Shown: in pieces, positions 1 to 12,256 of the stretch
Numbering within the stretch: the first letter of the stretch is position 1
Layout: each line of letters begins with the position of its first letter
Source: Octopus vulgaris
Taxonomy: Eukaryota
Reading direction: 5' to 3'
NCBI GenBank assembly: GCA_951406725.2
Contig: OX597832.1
Location: 36,394,001 to 36,458,000, forward strand
Length of the DNA stretch: 64,000 bases
Program-made: the position numbers and the translations under genes
Notes under the pieces: model-generated
Seen by the model: the letters and a program-made list of their open reading frames with translations, nothing else
Told to the model about the DNA's origin: nothing
The model's database searches: none

Positions 1-407
1 GGTATCAAGACTAGTACATGTCATGTGTGTTTGTGTGTGTTTGTGAGTTTTATTACAAAATGTGATGCAAAGAACTGAACAGATATTTATCTTTTATATA
101 ATATATATATACATGCAATATTACATAAAATTTGGATGTAACTATATATTTGTGTGTGTCTGTGTATAAGTGTGTGTGTGTGCATATGTGAGTGTTGGCA
201 TGTGATAAAAAAAATTTAAACAATAGAGAACTCAATACAAAAAAAAAGCCACGTCCCAGAATTTGATTTAGAATGAATGGATGAACAATTCGTTTCATAA
301 CAACAGTCAGTTTCACTATCTTTTCAGTTCATCAGGTGATGATATATAAATCCACCTTTAATCAATGAATTTTGAAATAATAAAAGAGAAGGAAGTTCAT
401 TTTAAAT

Positions 408-729
408 CAGTGATTTTCATCCAGGGTCCATATGACCCGGTGTGGAGGGGGGCATGTTAGACTTTTGGGGGTCAATGCAAGTAAAATAGCAAATTGGTGA
501 CCCCTAACGATATTTTAAGGGTCCATGAAAAAATGTGACTAAGAATGTATTTATTGCAAGAAACAGTTCAGTTCAACCGATTCGAGTTAATGTGTGAAAA
601 ACAAAATAGTAATTTTGAAAGAAGTTTCTGTAAAGCTAGTTATTAAAATCAAATGGATGGGTAGGGGTACCAGAAGAGAATAGTAATCAAAGGGCTCCAT
701 AGGTAAAAAAAAATTGTTGAGAAATACTG
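408..729. mobile_element. hAT/Charlie-type MITE
   Basis: Termini CAGTGATTTTCA ... TGAGAAATACTG form an imperfect TIR; degenerate 8-bp TSD ttttaaat/cttaaaat; related copy at ~28491-28775. Confidence 0.65.
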
Positions 730-870
730 CTTAAAATATTTCTTGAATTATCCACAACACATTTATAAGGAAATCTAAGTTGTTACACATCACAACTTAT
801 GATCTGGTAGTTAGTACCACACTTTCACTAATTCTGGTTGTTTTAGGTGATTTTTGTAGTCATAAGAAGT

Positions 871-1195
871 GAAGGTGTGTGGTTTAGTGGTTAGAGTATT
901 CGACTTATGATCAGAAGGTCATGAGTTCAATTCCCAGTGACATGTTGTGTCCTTGAGTAAGACGCTTTGTTCCATTTTGCTCCAGTCCACTCAGCCGACA
1001 AAAATGAGTAGTACCTGTATCTCAGAAGGCCAACTTGTTACACTCTGTGTCATACTGAATCTCTCTGAAAGCTACATTAAGGCTACATGTGTTCATGGAG
1101 GGCTCAACCAATTATATGTTAATTTCATGAACAAGCTGTTCCGTTGATCAGATCAACTGGAAGCCTCATCATTGTAATCAATGGAGTGCCAGTTA
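871..1195 (+). mobile_element. tRNA-derived SINE (family B)
   Basis: A-box-like TGGTTTAGTGG, B-box-like GAGTTCAATTCC, core gtgtccttgagtaagac...ctccagtccactcagc; near-identical copy at 5203-5520; head fragment on - at ~1295-1425. Confidence 0.8.
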
Positions 1196-1682
1196 GTTTG
1201 TCATAATCAAACATAGATGCCTTCTTGGTCCTCCCTTTCTTGACCCAAGGGAACACTGAGCATGTGAGAGCTGGAGGAGAAAGGGGGATGCCCCAGCAGT
1301 CGGCTGGTACCCATTCCTGCTATGTAGACTGGAGCAAAATGAAATGGGCCTTGCTCTTGGACACAACACATCTACACAGGAACCGAATCCACAACATTAT
1401 GAGGGTGAACCCAACACTCTTACTTCTAAATTCTATGTGTATATATGGCTTCTATGTCTGCATATGATGTATGTAATTGTGTGTATGTGTGATTGTGCTT
1501 GTGTGTGTGTGTGTGTGCACATCTTTGCACATACACACACGTCATTTGTTGCCATAACTTTCCCACCATCCTTTTGTCCCAAATATCTGAAATCCATGAT
1601 CCATAATAAAAATGAATCCATAATTAATATAAAAACACAAGACGCAGTTTTAAATCCTGCTAAAGTATCGGATACCAGCTTT

Positions 1683-1900
1683 ATCTTTTAACTTTTACTT
1701 GATCCAGTTATTAGGCTGTGGCCATGCTGGGGCACCACCTAGAGGAATTTTAATCTAATGAATCAACTCCAGTACTTATTTTCTTTAAGCTTGGTACTCA
1801 TTCAATCAGTCTCTTTTGCTGAACCACTAAGTTACGAGGACATAAACACACCAACATTGGTTGTCAAGTGGTGGTGGAGAACAAACACAGACACAAACAT
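1683..1900 (-). mobile_element. SINE family A, 3' half
   Basis: Reverse complement of the 3' half seen at 3755-3963, 41345-41545 and 62600-62785. Confidence 0.75.
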
Positions 1901-2540
1901 AGATCTGTAGATCCTTTGTGAAAGTGGCCAACAAAGAAAAGATTATTATTATTATTATTTATTCTTTATGAATTGTGTAACTCTTCCTTTCATTTGCATA
2001 GAAGAGCATGTGTGTGTATGTGTGTGTAAACTGGAGTGTGTGTTTACACACACACACACACTATAGACAGTTCTCTACAAAATAAGAATTGATAAGTAAA
2101 TATGACAGTTGTTGGTTTTGCAAAAGCAATATATTCTGCATCTTTGACTGGGTCAAGTGATGTTACTAACCTGTCCCCTACCACCGTCACTAACACCAAC
2201 ACCACCACCAACAACAACAACATTAACATTACAACCATCAATACCATCACCATCGCAACCATCAACAACATAAATTCTACCACTACTACTACAATGATCA
2301 TCATCAACATCACCACAGCCACCACAAATAACATTACAGTCACTGCAATCACCACTGCCAACACCAACATGACCACCACAGTCAGACCACCACCATCACC
2401 ATCAATACCATCTCTATCATTACTGTGACCACCACTGCACCACATACATATTAGATTCGTACTATTGCGACCTCTACACTAACCGCTCCACCACCACTGC
2501 TATCATTATTGCTATCATCATAACCATTGCTACAGATAGT

Positions 2541-2803
2541 AGCGCAAGCGTGGCTGTGTGATAAGAAGCTTTCTTCTCAACCACATGGTTCTAGGTTCAG
2601 TCCCACTGTGTGGTACCTTGGGCAAATGTCCTCTACTATAGCCTCAAGCCGACCAAAACCTTGTGAGTGGAGTTGGTAGATGGAAACTGAAGGAAGCCCA
2701 TCGTATATATATATGCACAAAACTCTTGGACCTATTGTTAAATATTAATATTAAAATAATATACAGATACTCATATTTTGAGTTCTATTTCTCCTGTACA
2801 ACA

Positions 2804-2848
<45 letters not shown>

Positions 2849-3963
2849 CGTGCAGTGAATGAACTGTCATCTAAATTATGCAAAAATGAAAATAACACTG
2901 ACATCTCATTTTAACAGATATATTTACCAAATTTACATTGAAATATCTTGAAATACTAAAGAGCAAATCTCTTCAATAAAATCGCCATTGGCTCCAACCA
3001 TGGCCTCCAGACAACTTTGGAATCTCCTGCCAATCTTATAGATGGTCTCCTTGTTTAAGTTGGTGAATGCTGCCATTATCCTTGCCTTCAGTTCATCTTT
3101 GGTGTTGCAAGGAGTTTTGTTGGTCTCTCGCTCAACTGCACCCCACATATAATAATCAAGGGGGTTGCAGTCTGAGGAGTTAGGTGGCCAGATGTTAAGG
3201 GTGATGTGGCCACAGAAATTGTCTGCCAGCCATGACTCAGTTGTCCTGCTTGTGTGGCATGGTACAGAGTCCTGTTGCCAGACACAGGGTCTTCTAGCAA
3301 CCACCCTGTTGACCCAGGGCAGCACTACCTCCTCCAGGCACTTGATGTAGGCCTCTGTGTTGAGTCTGAGGCTGTGTGGGAAGATGAATGGAGACATAAT
3401 GTCACCATCACTAGTGATCACTCCAAACACCATGATGTTGACTGGATGTTTGGTTTTTATCACTCTTGGTACATATCCTCAGATTGACACCCAAACACTC
3501 TGAAATGTTCAAATTGGATCCTGCAGTATGTCGTTTCCAAATCTCTGGCAGAGTGAATTGCGTCATGATGCTGGTCTTCTCACAGACGGTGCTCAACTGA
3601 CCCTACCGTACTATGCAGTCGACAAAGTCAAAAACAAACAATGCGCATGCTTGAAATTAAGATTATAAAATGGTGACAATTTACCCATCGCACACTTTGT
3701 CTGTATGTATGTATGTATGTATGTATGTATGTATGCATGCATACATGTATGTATGTGTCTCTTTGTGCATTTGTTCCCCCGCTACCGCTTGACAACCAGT
3801 GTTGGTATGTTTATGTCCCCGTAACCTCAGCGGTTTGTCAAAAGGTCTCGATGGAATAAGTATTAGTCTTTAAAAAAAGTCCTGGAGTCGATTTGTTCAA
3901 CTGAAACCCTTCAAGGCAGTGCTCCAGCATGGCCAGTGTCTAATTATTGAAACAAGCAAAAGG
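2541..3963 (+). mobile_element. SINE family A (tRNA head, central microsatellite, 3' half), interrupted by a maT transposon
   Basis: 5' half 2541-2715 (gtggctgtgtgataagaagc...ggttcagtcccactg...ggaaactgaaggaagccc) and 3' half 3755-3963; uninterrupted copies at 42140-42510 (-) and 62368-62785 (+). Confidence 0.8.
2844..3700 (-). mobile_element. Tc1/mariner DD37D (maT-like) transposon, internally deleted
   Basis: ORF 2933-3463 contains WQQDSVPCH...WPPNSSDCNPLDYYMW with 37 residues between the last two Asp; N-terminal remnant at 3480-3570 lacks the intervening HTH and first-Asp region; imperfect TIRs (tagcgtgcagtgaatgaactgtcatc / ggtgacaatttacccatcgcacactt) next to a TA run. Confidence 0.88.
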
Positions 3964-3979
3964 TAATACCTCAAATGCT

Positions 3980-4320
3980 CTCAACCAAAACAGCTATTAC
4001 AAACTGCAACCCACACCACAATCATCCGCACCCCAACCACCACCATATCACAGCTACGGTTACACTACAAATGCTACTACTACTACTACTACTAGAAGCT
4101 CTACCACTACCACCATTTTTACCCTCGCTACATCAGCACCACATAATCACCAACACCACCGCTATCACCATGGCCATAACAACTACTGTTACCACCACTA
4201 CTACTACCACCACCACCACCATCCCAGTGACCAGCAACAACACCACAACAGCTATTAACATACACCTTCCCCCCCCCCCCGACGAACACTACCACCAGCG
4301 CCACCACCGCCAGTGGCAAA
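3980..4320. repeat. CAC/ACT/AAC trinucleotide low-complexity tract
   Basis: Directly visible; similar tracts at 2180-2530, 29245-29640 and 30030-30375. Confidence 0.85.
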
Positions 4321-4504
4321 TACAGCCGTCAGTCACCAAGTCACCAACCGTCAGGTGTGACAATACAAAAGGTTGGCGCGCTTCGGCAACGACCTGTTGG
4401 ATTTTCAACAACACAACTTCTCGGCTTTTTTCTCACACTTGATATTTCCACTCGAAACCTATTTTTGTTTTTACTTCGTGTAGGACCGTTGCCTGTTAAT
4501 TAAC

Positions 4505-4714
4505 AAATACATACATAGATATATATATATACACACATATTTATACATAGATAAGTGTATGTGTGTGTGTGTGTGTGTGTGTATGTCTGTAGGTATGTGT
4601 GTATATGGTTGTGGAACATTTCTAAATATGACTGCTATAAACAAATACAAACGACAAGATGTATGTATGGGTATATCTCTCTCTCTCTCTATATATATAT
4701 ATACATATATATAT

Positions 4715-4763
<49 letters not shown>

Positions 4764-5110
4764 CACCTACATACATACATACATATATATATATACACAC
4801 ACACAAATAGATAGAGTTATAGATACATGCATACAGACTCTTTCTCTTTTTCCTCCCTCTATAATAAATATGCATACATATATGCATTCTTATATACATA
4901 TATATATATATATTCATACATACATACATACATACGTATATGTATATATGTACATGCACACACGCACACACACACACATGCACGCACACACACACATACA
5001 CACACACACAGCTAGATACAGTGATAGATACGTGCATACATACATGCATACATACTTTTTCTCTCTTTCCTCTCTCTATAATACATGCACATACATTCAT
5101 ACATACATTC

Positions 5111-5158
<48 letters not shown>

Positions 5159-5160
5159 TT
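4505..5160. repeat. compound TA/CA/TG microsatellite
   Basis: Directly visible; produces spurious YI/HT ORFs. Confidence 0.95.
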
Positions 5161-5202
5161 GTCATCATTATCTGTTTTAGATGCACCTAAGCCCAGCAGA
5201 CG

Positions 5203-5520
5203 TGGAGGCACGTGGCTTGGTAGTTAGGACGGTCATCTCACGGTCGTAAAGTCATGAGTTTGATTACCAGCAGCACATTGAGTCCTTGAGCAAGACACTT
5301 CATCTCACATTGCCCCAGTCCACTCAGCTGGCAAAAATGAGTAGTGCCAACATTTCAAAAGGCCAGCCTTGCAACACTCTGTGTCTTGCCGAATTTCCCT
5401 GAGAACTACAATAAGGGCACATGTTTCTGTGGAGTGCTCAGCCACTTGCACGTTAATTTCACGAGCAGGCTGTTCTGTGGATCGGATCAAAGGGAGCCCT
5501 CATCGTCATAACCAACTGAA
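5203..5520 (+). mobile_element. tRNA-derived SINE (family B)
   Basis: Colinear similarity to 871-1195. Confidence 0.8.
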
Positions 5521-6464
5521 TTCTAGTAAACCCGGTAGAGCCTCTCTCACAGAGTGTGCCACCATTTGTTGCATTCCCTGTTCTTTGTCAGGTTCAACGT
5601 CACAAGGAGATAGGTTTTAGATGCTTCACTTCCATTTCTTCCTTAGTCTCTCTCTCCTCTGCAACTGGACGAATAGTAAATACATTCTGACAGCAGAAAC
5701 TATCTATTTGTATGTAGTAGGTATGTATATACATATTATGCATAGGTGTATGCATATACACACACACACATTGAAATAGAGCGACCAATGGTTTTGTACC
5801 CACAAAGCACTTAGCTCTATGGACAACTCATCAGACTCTAATGGCAAACGGCACATAACCCTTCTTCGAATGTTACTGCTCTATGCTTTAGAGTCTGCTT
5901 CTTTTTTGGATATATGATCCACTGACAATACATACACATATATAAAACTTAGATATGTTTCAACCAAAGATTAGTCCAGGCAATGTCTAACTTAATAGCA
6001 CCACCTGATAGGATTATCTAAATCCTGTTTAAGTGAAGTTTTGTTTATGGTCCATTCAAGTAGTGAGTTCTTGTTGTGTGACTTGTATCCATGCATACAT
6101 ATAGAAATACATGGATATAAAAGTATATAGCCATGCATACTGTCACTGCAGTTTCACAATCCAGTGTAAGTACAAGATCTAGCACAGGGAAGGTTCCTGG
6201 AATGTTGCTTATAAATGGATTAAAGGTTCATTACAGCTGTTTCAGACATATTTTTCTTGATGAATAATTCAATTACATCATGTAAAAAACGTTTTCTTCA
6301 GGTGAACTAAAAAATTTTAATTTGGTTTGGAGAAAACATGGTATATTTTTTAATGCATGCATGTGTGTATATCTATATCTATCTATCTGTCTGTCTATCT
6401 ATCTATCCATCTATCAATCCATCCATCCATACATACATATATCACAGAAATCTTTGGCATTATA

Positions 6465-6716
6465 TTGTACTTGAGAAGAAGACCCGTCAAGCTCAGCAAA
6501 ATCAGTCATGGCAGATACTGGTGTCATGCAAATGGCACACGTGCCAGTGGAACGTAAAAGCACCATTACACTCTTGGAATGGTTGGTATTAGGAAGGGCA
6601 TCCAGCCATAGAAAACCATGCCAAATCAGACTGAAGTCTGGTGCAGCCTTCCAGCATGCCAGACCAGTCAAATAGTCCAACCCATGCTAGCATGGACAAA
6701 GGGCGTTAAATGATGA
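6465..6716 (+). mobile_element. RTE LINE 3' end or RTE-tailed SINE
   Basis: ggttggtattaggaagggcatccagcc...aacccatgctagcatgga...ttaaatgatgat tail; other copies at ~8420-8560(-), 20580-20910(-), 23855-24030(+), 26355-26540(-), 32380-32545(+), 49085-49250(-) and 53305-53510(+). Confidence 0.7.
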
Positions 6717-6719
6717 TCA

Positions 6720-7012
6720 CGGACTCTTCCATTGTTCGACCATGTATGAGGAAACTGTAATTCTTTGCTGAACAACCCCACAGATGATTTGTTTGTAGTG
6801 ATCAAATGTTTGTGTTCACATAAGCTCACTCCCTCCATCAAATTGACATTACCTGTACAGGTGTGCTTTGTGCCACATGCCAGATAACGAGATGACCACA
6901 GAGCAATGTCAAAGGAAGCTCAAGAACACAATGCAATGCCAGGTCTGGGAATTGAAACCACTGTTTCACAATTGCGAGTGCAGCACCCTAACCACTGAGC
7001 CATGCATCCTCA
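6720..7012 (-). mobile_element. tRNA-derived SINE
   Basis: Reverse strand starts gaggatgcatggctcagtggttaggg...gtttcaattcccagac (A/B boxes); related head at 53627-53870 (+). Confidence 0.7.
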
Positions 7013-7361
7013 CACAGTCACACACACACACACTCATATACACATGTGTATAGTTACATACATGTGTGTGTATATGTATGTTTGTTTATTTGTTGGGGAG
7101 AATATGTGTGTAGATATATCTATCTATGTGCTCATGTATATGAGAATGTTTATGTGTGCATGTAAGTGTGACTAGCATGAGTGTATGTAAATATATGCTA
7201 TCATAAATGTTCCAGTTTGGTTGTTTTGGTTGTCTTGGGTTACAGGTAATTTCTCTTTTGGCAGAAGGACATTTGTCTTGACTACACAACACTGATAACC
7301 TGTAATCAAGCCTCTCCCTCTCCTCCCTATTTCCTTCTCTTTCCCTTTCTCTCTCTCTCTT

Positions 7362-7392
<31 letters not shown>

Positions 7393-7659
7393 TTTCCACT
7401 TATCTGTTTATAAAAATAATCTAATGTGACATTGTCTGCTGATAGTTTTATGACCCAAAGGCTTATGAGGTCTGTTATGTTTTCACTCTCTTCCTTAATA
7501 TGGAAATGGGAGTCAATCCACATTCTACATCGGGGGGGGGGGGGTTCTCCTAACCAAATTTTGCAGTTTTGGTTCACTTGAAGAAAATGTTAACAGCTGT
7601 AGTAAACCTTTAGCCTATTTGTGTTCTTATTTTGTATTTATATTTATATATATTTATAA

Positions 7660-8200
7660 GGTCGACATGTCCTTGGTGTGCTAGCAACATACAAGCCCGA
7701 TGCTGCTGTCACTTACCGTAACCATACCACCGGGGAGGGGGGCAGTCGACCACGGTACTACCTTGCCATGGTGAGAGAGCTTACGCCCGTAGAGGGGCAG
7801 CTCTTGATGACTTGTCCAACTCATGCAGGTCCCTCCCATACGAGGATAACCAAATGTACCGAAACCGTCCCCCCAACCACCATGAGGCCGGGGTTCAAGA
7901 TGTCAGTGGGTCATCCCAAGTCGTGCGAAAGCCCACTCCAGAGGATCGGCCACAGTCGGGGCTCCCCTTGGGTATGAGCCGATCAACTAGGTGTCGGCCC
8001 GTAACTCGCTGCCATGGATTCACAGCAGCGTTAAACCTAGGACAGTATGGTTACCTGGTGGCACTACCCCACCCAAATATATCAGGCGTTTAGGTAAGGT
8101 CATAATCAGCACCTCTGTTACAACAGCACAATGATGTTCCCCCTGGATGGGTGGTTCGTCCACGAAAGCCAGAGGTCCTGCAATTGTACATGGACCCTCA
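7660..8200 (+). mobile_element. GC-rich 5' UTR fragment of an RTE-type LINE
   Basis: Abrupt GC-rich block; motif ctaccttgccatggtgagagagcttacg (~7758-7785) resembles the conserved RTE/BovB 5' UTR motif; no credible ORF. Confidence 0.5.
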
Positions 8201-8351
8201 CATACATTATCATCATCATTTAACATCCACCCTCCATGCTGATATATATATATGTGTGTGTTTGTGTGTGTAAATGTGTGTGTGTGTGTATATATATATA
8301 GGTAGATAGATAGATAAACAGATAGACAGACTGATGGAATGATAGATACAC

Positions 8352-8420
<69 letters not shown>

Positions 8421-8778
8421 TGATCATCATCATCTTTAATGTCCATTTTCCATGCTGACATGGGTTGGATGGCTTACTAGGAGCTGGCAAGACCAGGTGT
8501 CACACCAGGTTCCATTGTTTTTATGGCTGGATGCCCTTCCTAACACCAACCACTGCAATCTCTTTGACACCTGATATGTGGTACACCATGGGCTTGTTCA
8601 AGCAACAGCAGTTTAATGGAGGGCAATGAGCACAAAAACTTGATCATATAAACAAATCATTCATGCAAGTTATTAAACAAGAAATTGCAGAATTTTCTTT
8701 CTCAAACAATGAGAGACTTCTAATATCTTTGGGATACATTTTTGCATTTTTAATTATAATTGTGTTATTGTTTCAAAG

Positions 8779-8795
8779 GTACTGGTGTTTTTATG
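8779..8795 (+). CDS. candidate penultimate exon of an unidentified gene (YWCFY; may extend 5' to ATG 8663)
   Basis: T-rich tract plus AAG acceptor and strong donor ATG|GTGAGA; phase 1 fits the exon at 9947. Confidence 0.3.
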
Positions 8796-9407
8796 GTGAG
8801 AAGACAGTTATTTCCCTAAAGTGAAGTTCAATTGCATAGCATTTACATTTAAAATATGTTCATCTTGCCTTTTTGTGTTGACATTAATCTTGACAACCTT
8901 TAAGGGTAAGTTCTCATAAATTCATCATGTTTTTTCCATCTAGATTTACCTCCACCTAACCCATTTGCAGGCATCGTTTTTGTCCCGTACATAACTGCAC
9001 CTTCCTTTTTTTGTTGCTTTTGTACTGCTTAAAGGCACGTTTCTTTCCTGCCAAGCTTACTGTTTAAACCATGTTTGTGTTCTCCTAGTCAACAACCTTA
9101 TCATTACTGGTACTTTAAACTCTTCAGTTGCATATTTGTGTGAATAAAATCGTTTTTTCTTTGGAATAGAAAAAAAGTCTATCTTTATTTCTTCTTTTGG
9201 TGTCTCAAATTTAGGTTAAAATCAGTGTTTCTCAAGGGGAGGCCTATGGGACGGTCGGACAAGTTGTTTTGAGAAAATTTGGTTTAAATGTTTGACAACT
9301 CAGCACCGTCCATCGGACTGGGGGCATTTTGCTCGTATATATATATAAATAGATAAAACTTACTTGGAAAAGGATGCGTGGCATTCAATCATATAATAAT
9401 ATAAGTA

Positions 9408-9454
<47 letters not shown>

Positions 9455-9946
9455 TATATACATACGTATATGTACATACTTACATGTATACGTATATACA
9501 TATGCATATGTGGGCACAGGATGTCACAAAACGTAAACAACAAACAATACAAAGTACGAGGACATGGAATATGGACTTCTTTTACGATACATATATATAT
9601 ATATATATGTATGTATGTATGTATATGTATACAAATATACAACGGGCTTCTTTCAGTTTCCGTCTCCCAAATCAATTCACAGGGCTTTAGTCGGTCTGAG
9701 GTTATACTACACTTCCCCATGGTATCACATAGTGGGATTGGACCCTGACCTATGTGGTTGGGAAGCAAGCTACTTACTACACAACCACACCTGTGCCCAT
9801 ATATTATGCCTGCACCTGCTTTTTAACCTATTAATAGCTCATTTCATTACCCATAACAGGAATATAATACTATTAATATCAGGTCCCTGATGAGGTTTAA
9901 GGGGGACAAAACTTAACTGGATGTTTCTCATTTTTGTTTGCTAAAG

Positions 9947-10008
9947 ATCCTGTGGTTTATCCCCGGGACCGGAAGCAGATGCCTTTTCCGGAACCTTACA
10001 GCATGTGA
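9947..10008 (+). CDS. candidate terminal coding exon DPVVYPRDRKQMPFPEPYSM* of an unidentified gene
   Basis: Pyrimidine tract tttctcatttttgtttgctaaag|, non-repetitive GC-richer coding-like block, TGA at 10006-10008, AATAAA at 10380-10385; no homolog recognised. Confidence 0.4.
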
Positions 10009-10042
10009 TTCTTTCACCCCCTTGCACATTGTCAATACTACT

Positions 10043-10235
10043 GTGGTGGTTGTGGAGGTGGTTGTGGTTGTGGTGGTGGTTGTGGTGGTGGTTGTGGTTG
10101 TGGTGGTGGTTGTGGTGGTGGTTGTGGTTGTGGTGGTGGTTGTGGAGGTGGTTGTGGTGGTGGTTGTGGTGGTGGTTGTGGTTGTGGTGGTGGTTGTGGT
10201 GGTGGTTGTGGTTGTGGTGGTGGTGATGGTGGTGG
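10043..10235. repeat. (GTG/GTT)n trinucleotide repeat
   Basis: Directly visible. Confidence 0.95.
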
Positions 10236-10829
10236 GCAACTATATCTGTGGCTGATGTATCACCAATTGTATGTAAAACACATTCTTCAATGTATTTCTT
10301 TCTAGACAAATGGATGTTCAAGCATCTCGTGATCATTTGCAGTAAAACTGTGTTTTGGGTTGTTTCTGTTGATAAAGTGAATAAAAGAAAAAGAAAAAAA
10401 AAGAAAAGAAAATCTTAATGATAAAAATAAAGAACAAAAATCAAAAGCAAATTTATTTTATAGCAAGAGATGACACATGTCAGAAGAGTGAGAAAAAAAC
10501 GGTCATTTTCTCAGGTGTGTACACCAGGTAATAAATCAATGTTCAACTTTTTCAATTTCTTCAACTTTACTGGAATATCCTTTGTCTTGTGTATTCATTA
10601 TTATTGCTGTTTACCATGATGCAATGAAAGCTTTAACTGATAATGGAAGCATTAATAATTTTATCCTGGTTGTATTGCTGAATGAAATGGTTTATTCATT
10701 AAAGACCATTAAAAGACAATGTTGATACCATCAACACAGCTTAGTTTCATTTTACAGAAATTTATGAAACTAATATTCAATATGCTAAACAGTTGTACAA
10801 ACAACAATTATTATTAGTTACACACAATA

Positions 10830-11280
10830 AGCTGGCAAGTTGGCAGAGTCGTTAGCACACCAGGCAAAATGCTTAGTGGCATTTTGTCTGTCTTTCATAT
10901 TCTGGGTTCAAATTCCGCTGAGGTTGTCTATGCTTTTAGGGTCGATAAAATGAGTACCAGTTGAGGAGTACTGGGATTGATGTATTCGCCTTGCTTCCTC
11001 TCCCAAAATTGATGGTCTTGTGCCAAAATTTGTAACTATTATTAATTTCACAGAACAAGGCATCAAGCTGGCAGAATTGTTAACATGTCAAGCAAAATGC
11101 TTAGAGGCATTTCATCCATATTGATATTCTGAGTTCAAATTCTGCTGAGATTGATTTTGCCTTTCATTCTTTCAGGGTCAATCAAATAAGTACCAGTTGG
11201 ACGGTGGGGTTGATGTAATCGACTAACTTCCCTACCCTGAAATGGTTGACCTTGAGCCAAACATTTTGAAACCATTGTTA
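10830..11280 (+). mobile_element. two tandem copies of SINE family E
   Basis: gctggcaga...gcaaaatgcttag...gagttcaaattc...ggtcgataaaataagtaccagtt...tgtgccaaaattt units at ~10830-11040 and ~11058-11280. Confidence 0.8.
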
Positions 11281-12256
11281 GTTACCCACAGCCTCTGTCC
11301 CCAGGTAACACTTGGGGTTTCATATTTAATCATTTTTTTAAGAAACAATTTAAGTTTAGTGACTCTGAGGCCCTTCCCACGTTGATATTTTTTCTTACTT
11401 GAAGATTCAACCTTTCACATCCTTCACTAAATTAAATTCAGATGTCAAACCGACTGTAGACATTCTCTGGATGGATGCTTACTCACAAGACAAGGGATAC
11501 CTGCTCAATGAAGACAGAGAACTGAGTAACTCAGTGTGGAGGAGAGGTCAGGTTGTAGTAATAAAAGACCAAAATCATTTAAACGATGCCTTATCAAAGT
11601 AAAAGCATCTTTGATAAATCTTTCCAAATCTTGGGGAAACAATGTGAGTGATGTTGAATCCTTGGAGTTCGCAAATGTTGTAAGCATAGGGGCTCTCTTG
11701 TGACATAGCAAACTGAGGTAAGCAGGCTGTGCAATTTGTATGGAAGATAGGAGAATTCCAAAGTACCTATTCTATGCAGAACAATGTTCTGAGAAAAGGC
11801 CTGACACACCAAAATTAAGATTGAAGAACTTTCATAAATCTGATCTGAAAAAAGAAAAAAAATTATATGATTAAAAAAAAACAAACTAGAAATAATTGCA
11901 ATTGGTAAGACTACTGAAGAAAAATAATGTATGCACTACAGAGATTATAAGGAAAAAATAATATATTCAGTGCATCCATATATTTCCAACTGTATAAACA
12001 CACAACACTGAAATGAAATGCAAAAAAAGGAATCCCTTAGATGACTGTAGACCCTCCAAATGTTGAAACTTTTCGCTATTTAACAAAACTCAAACAAAAG
12101 CAACCTTTGACACCCGAAAGAACAAATATCTAACAAATATTATGTTTCTATTGATGCTCTGAAGAGGTATTCTCAGATCTGCACATAATGCAAATGTCAT
12201 GATTTTGCATTGTATTTAACTTAGAAGAGACATTTATGTAAGTCTTGGTAAAAGCT

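Noticed and set aside
328-385. Terminal exon SSGDDI* with AATAAA
   Set aside because: Too short to distinguish from chance without the upstream sequence.
9887-9915. Hammerhead-like CTGATGA (also at ~5826-5840 and ~17421)
   Set aside because: GAAA or the stems are missing.
9941-10366. Minus-strand His/Asn-rich 131-aa ORF with an apparent acceptor, joinable to a donor at ~15441
   Set aside because: The His run is a GTG/GTT microsatellite open in several frames, the acceptor tract is the complement of an A-rich run, and the + strand reading is more protein-like.
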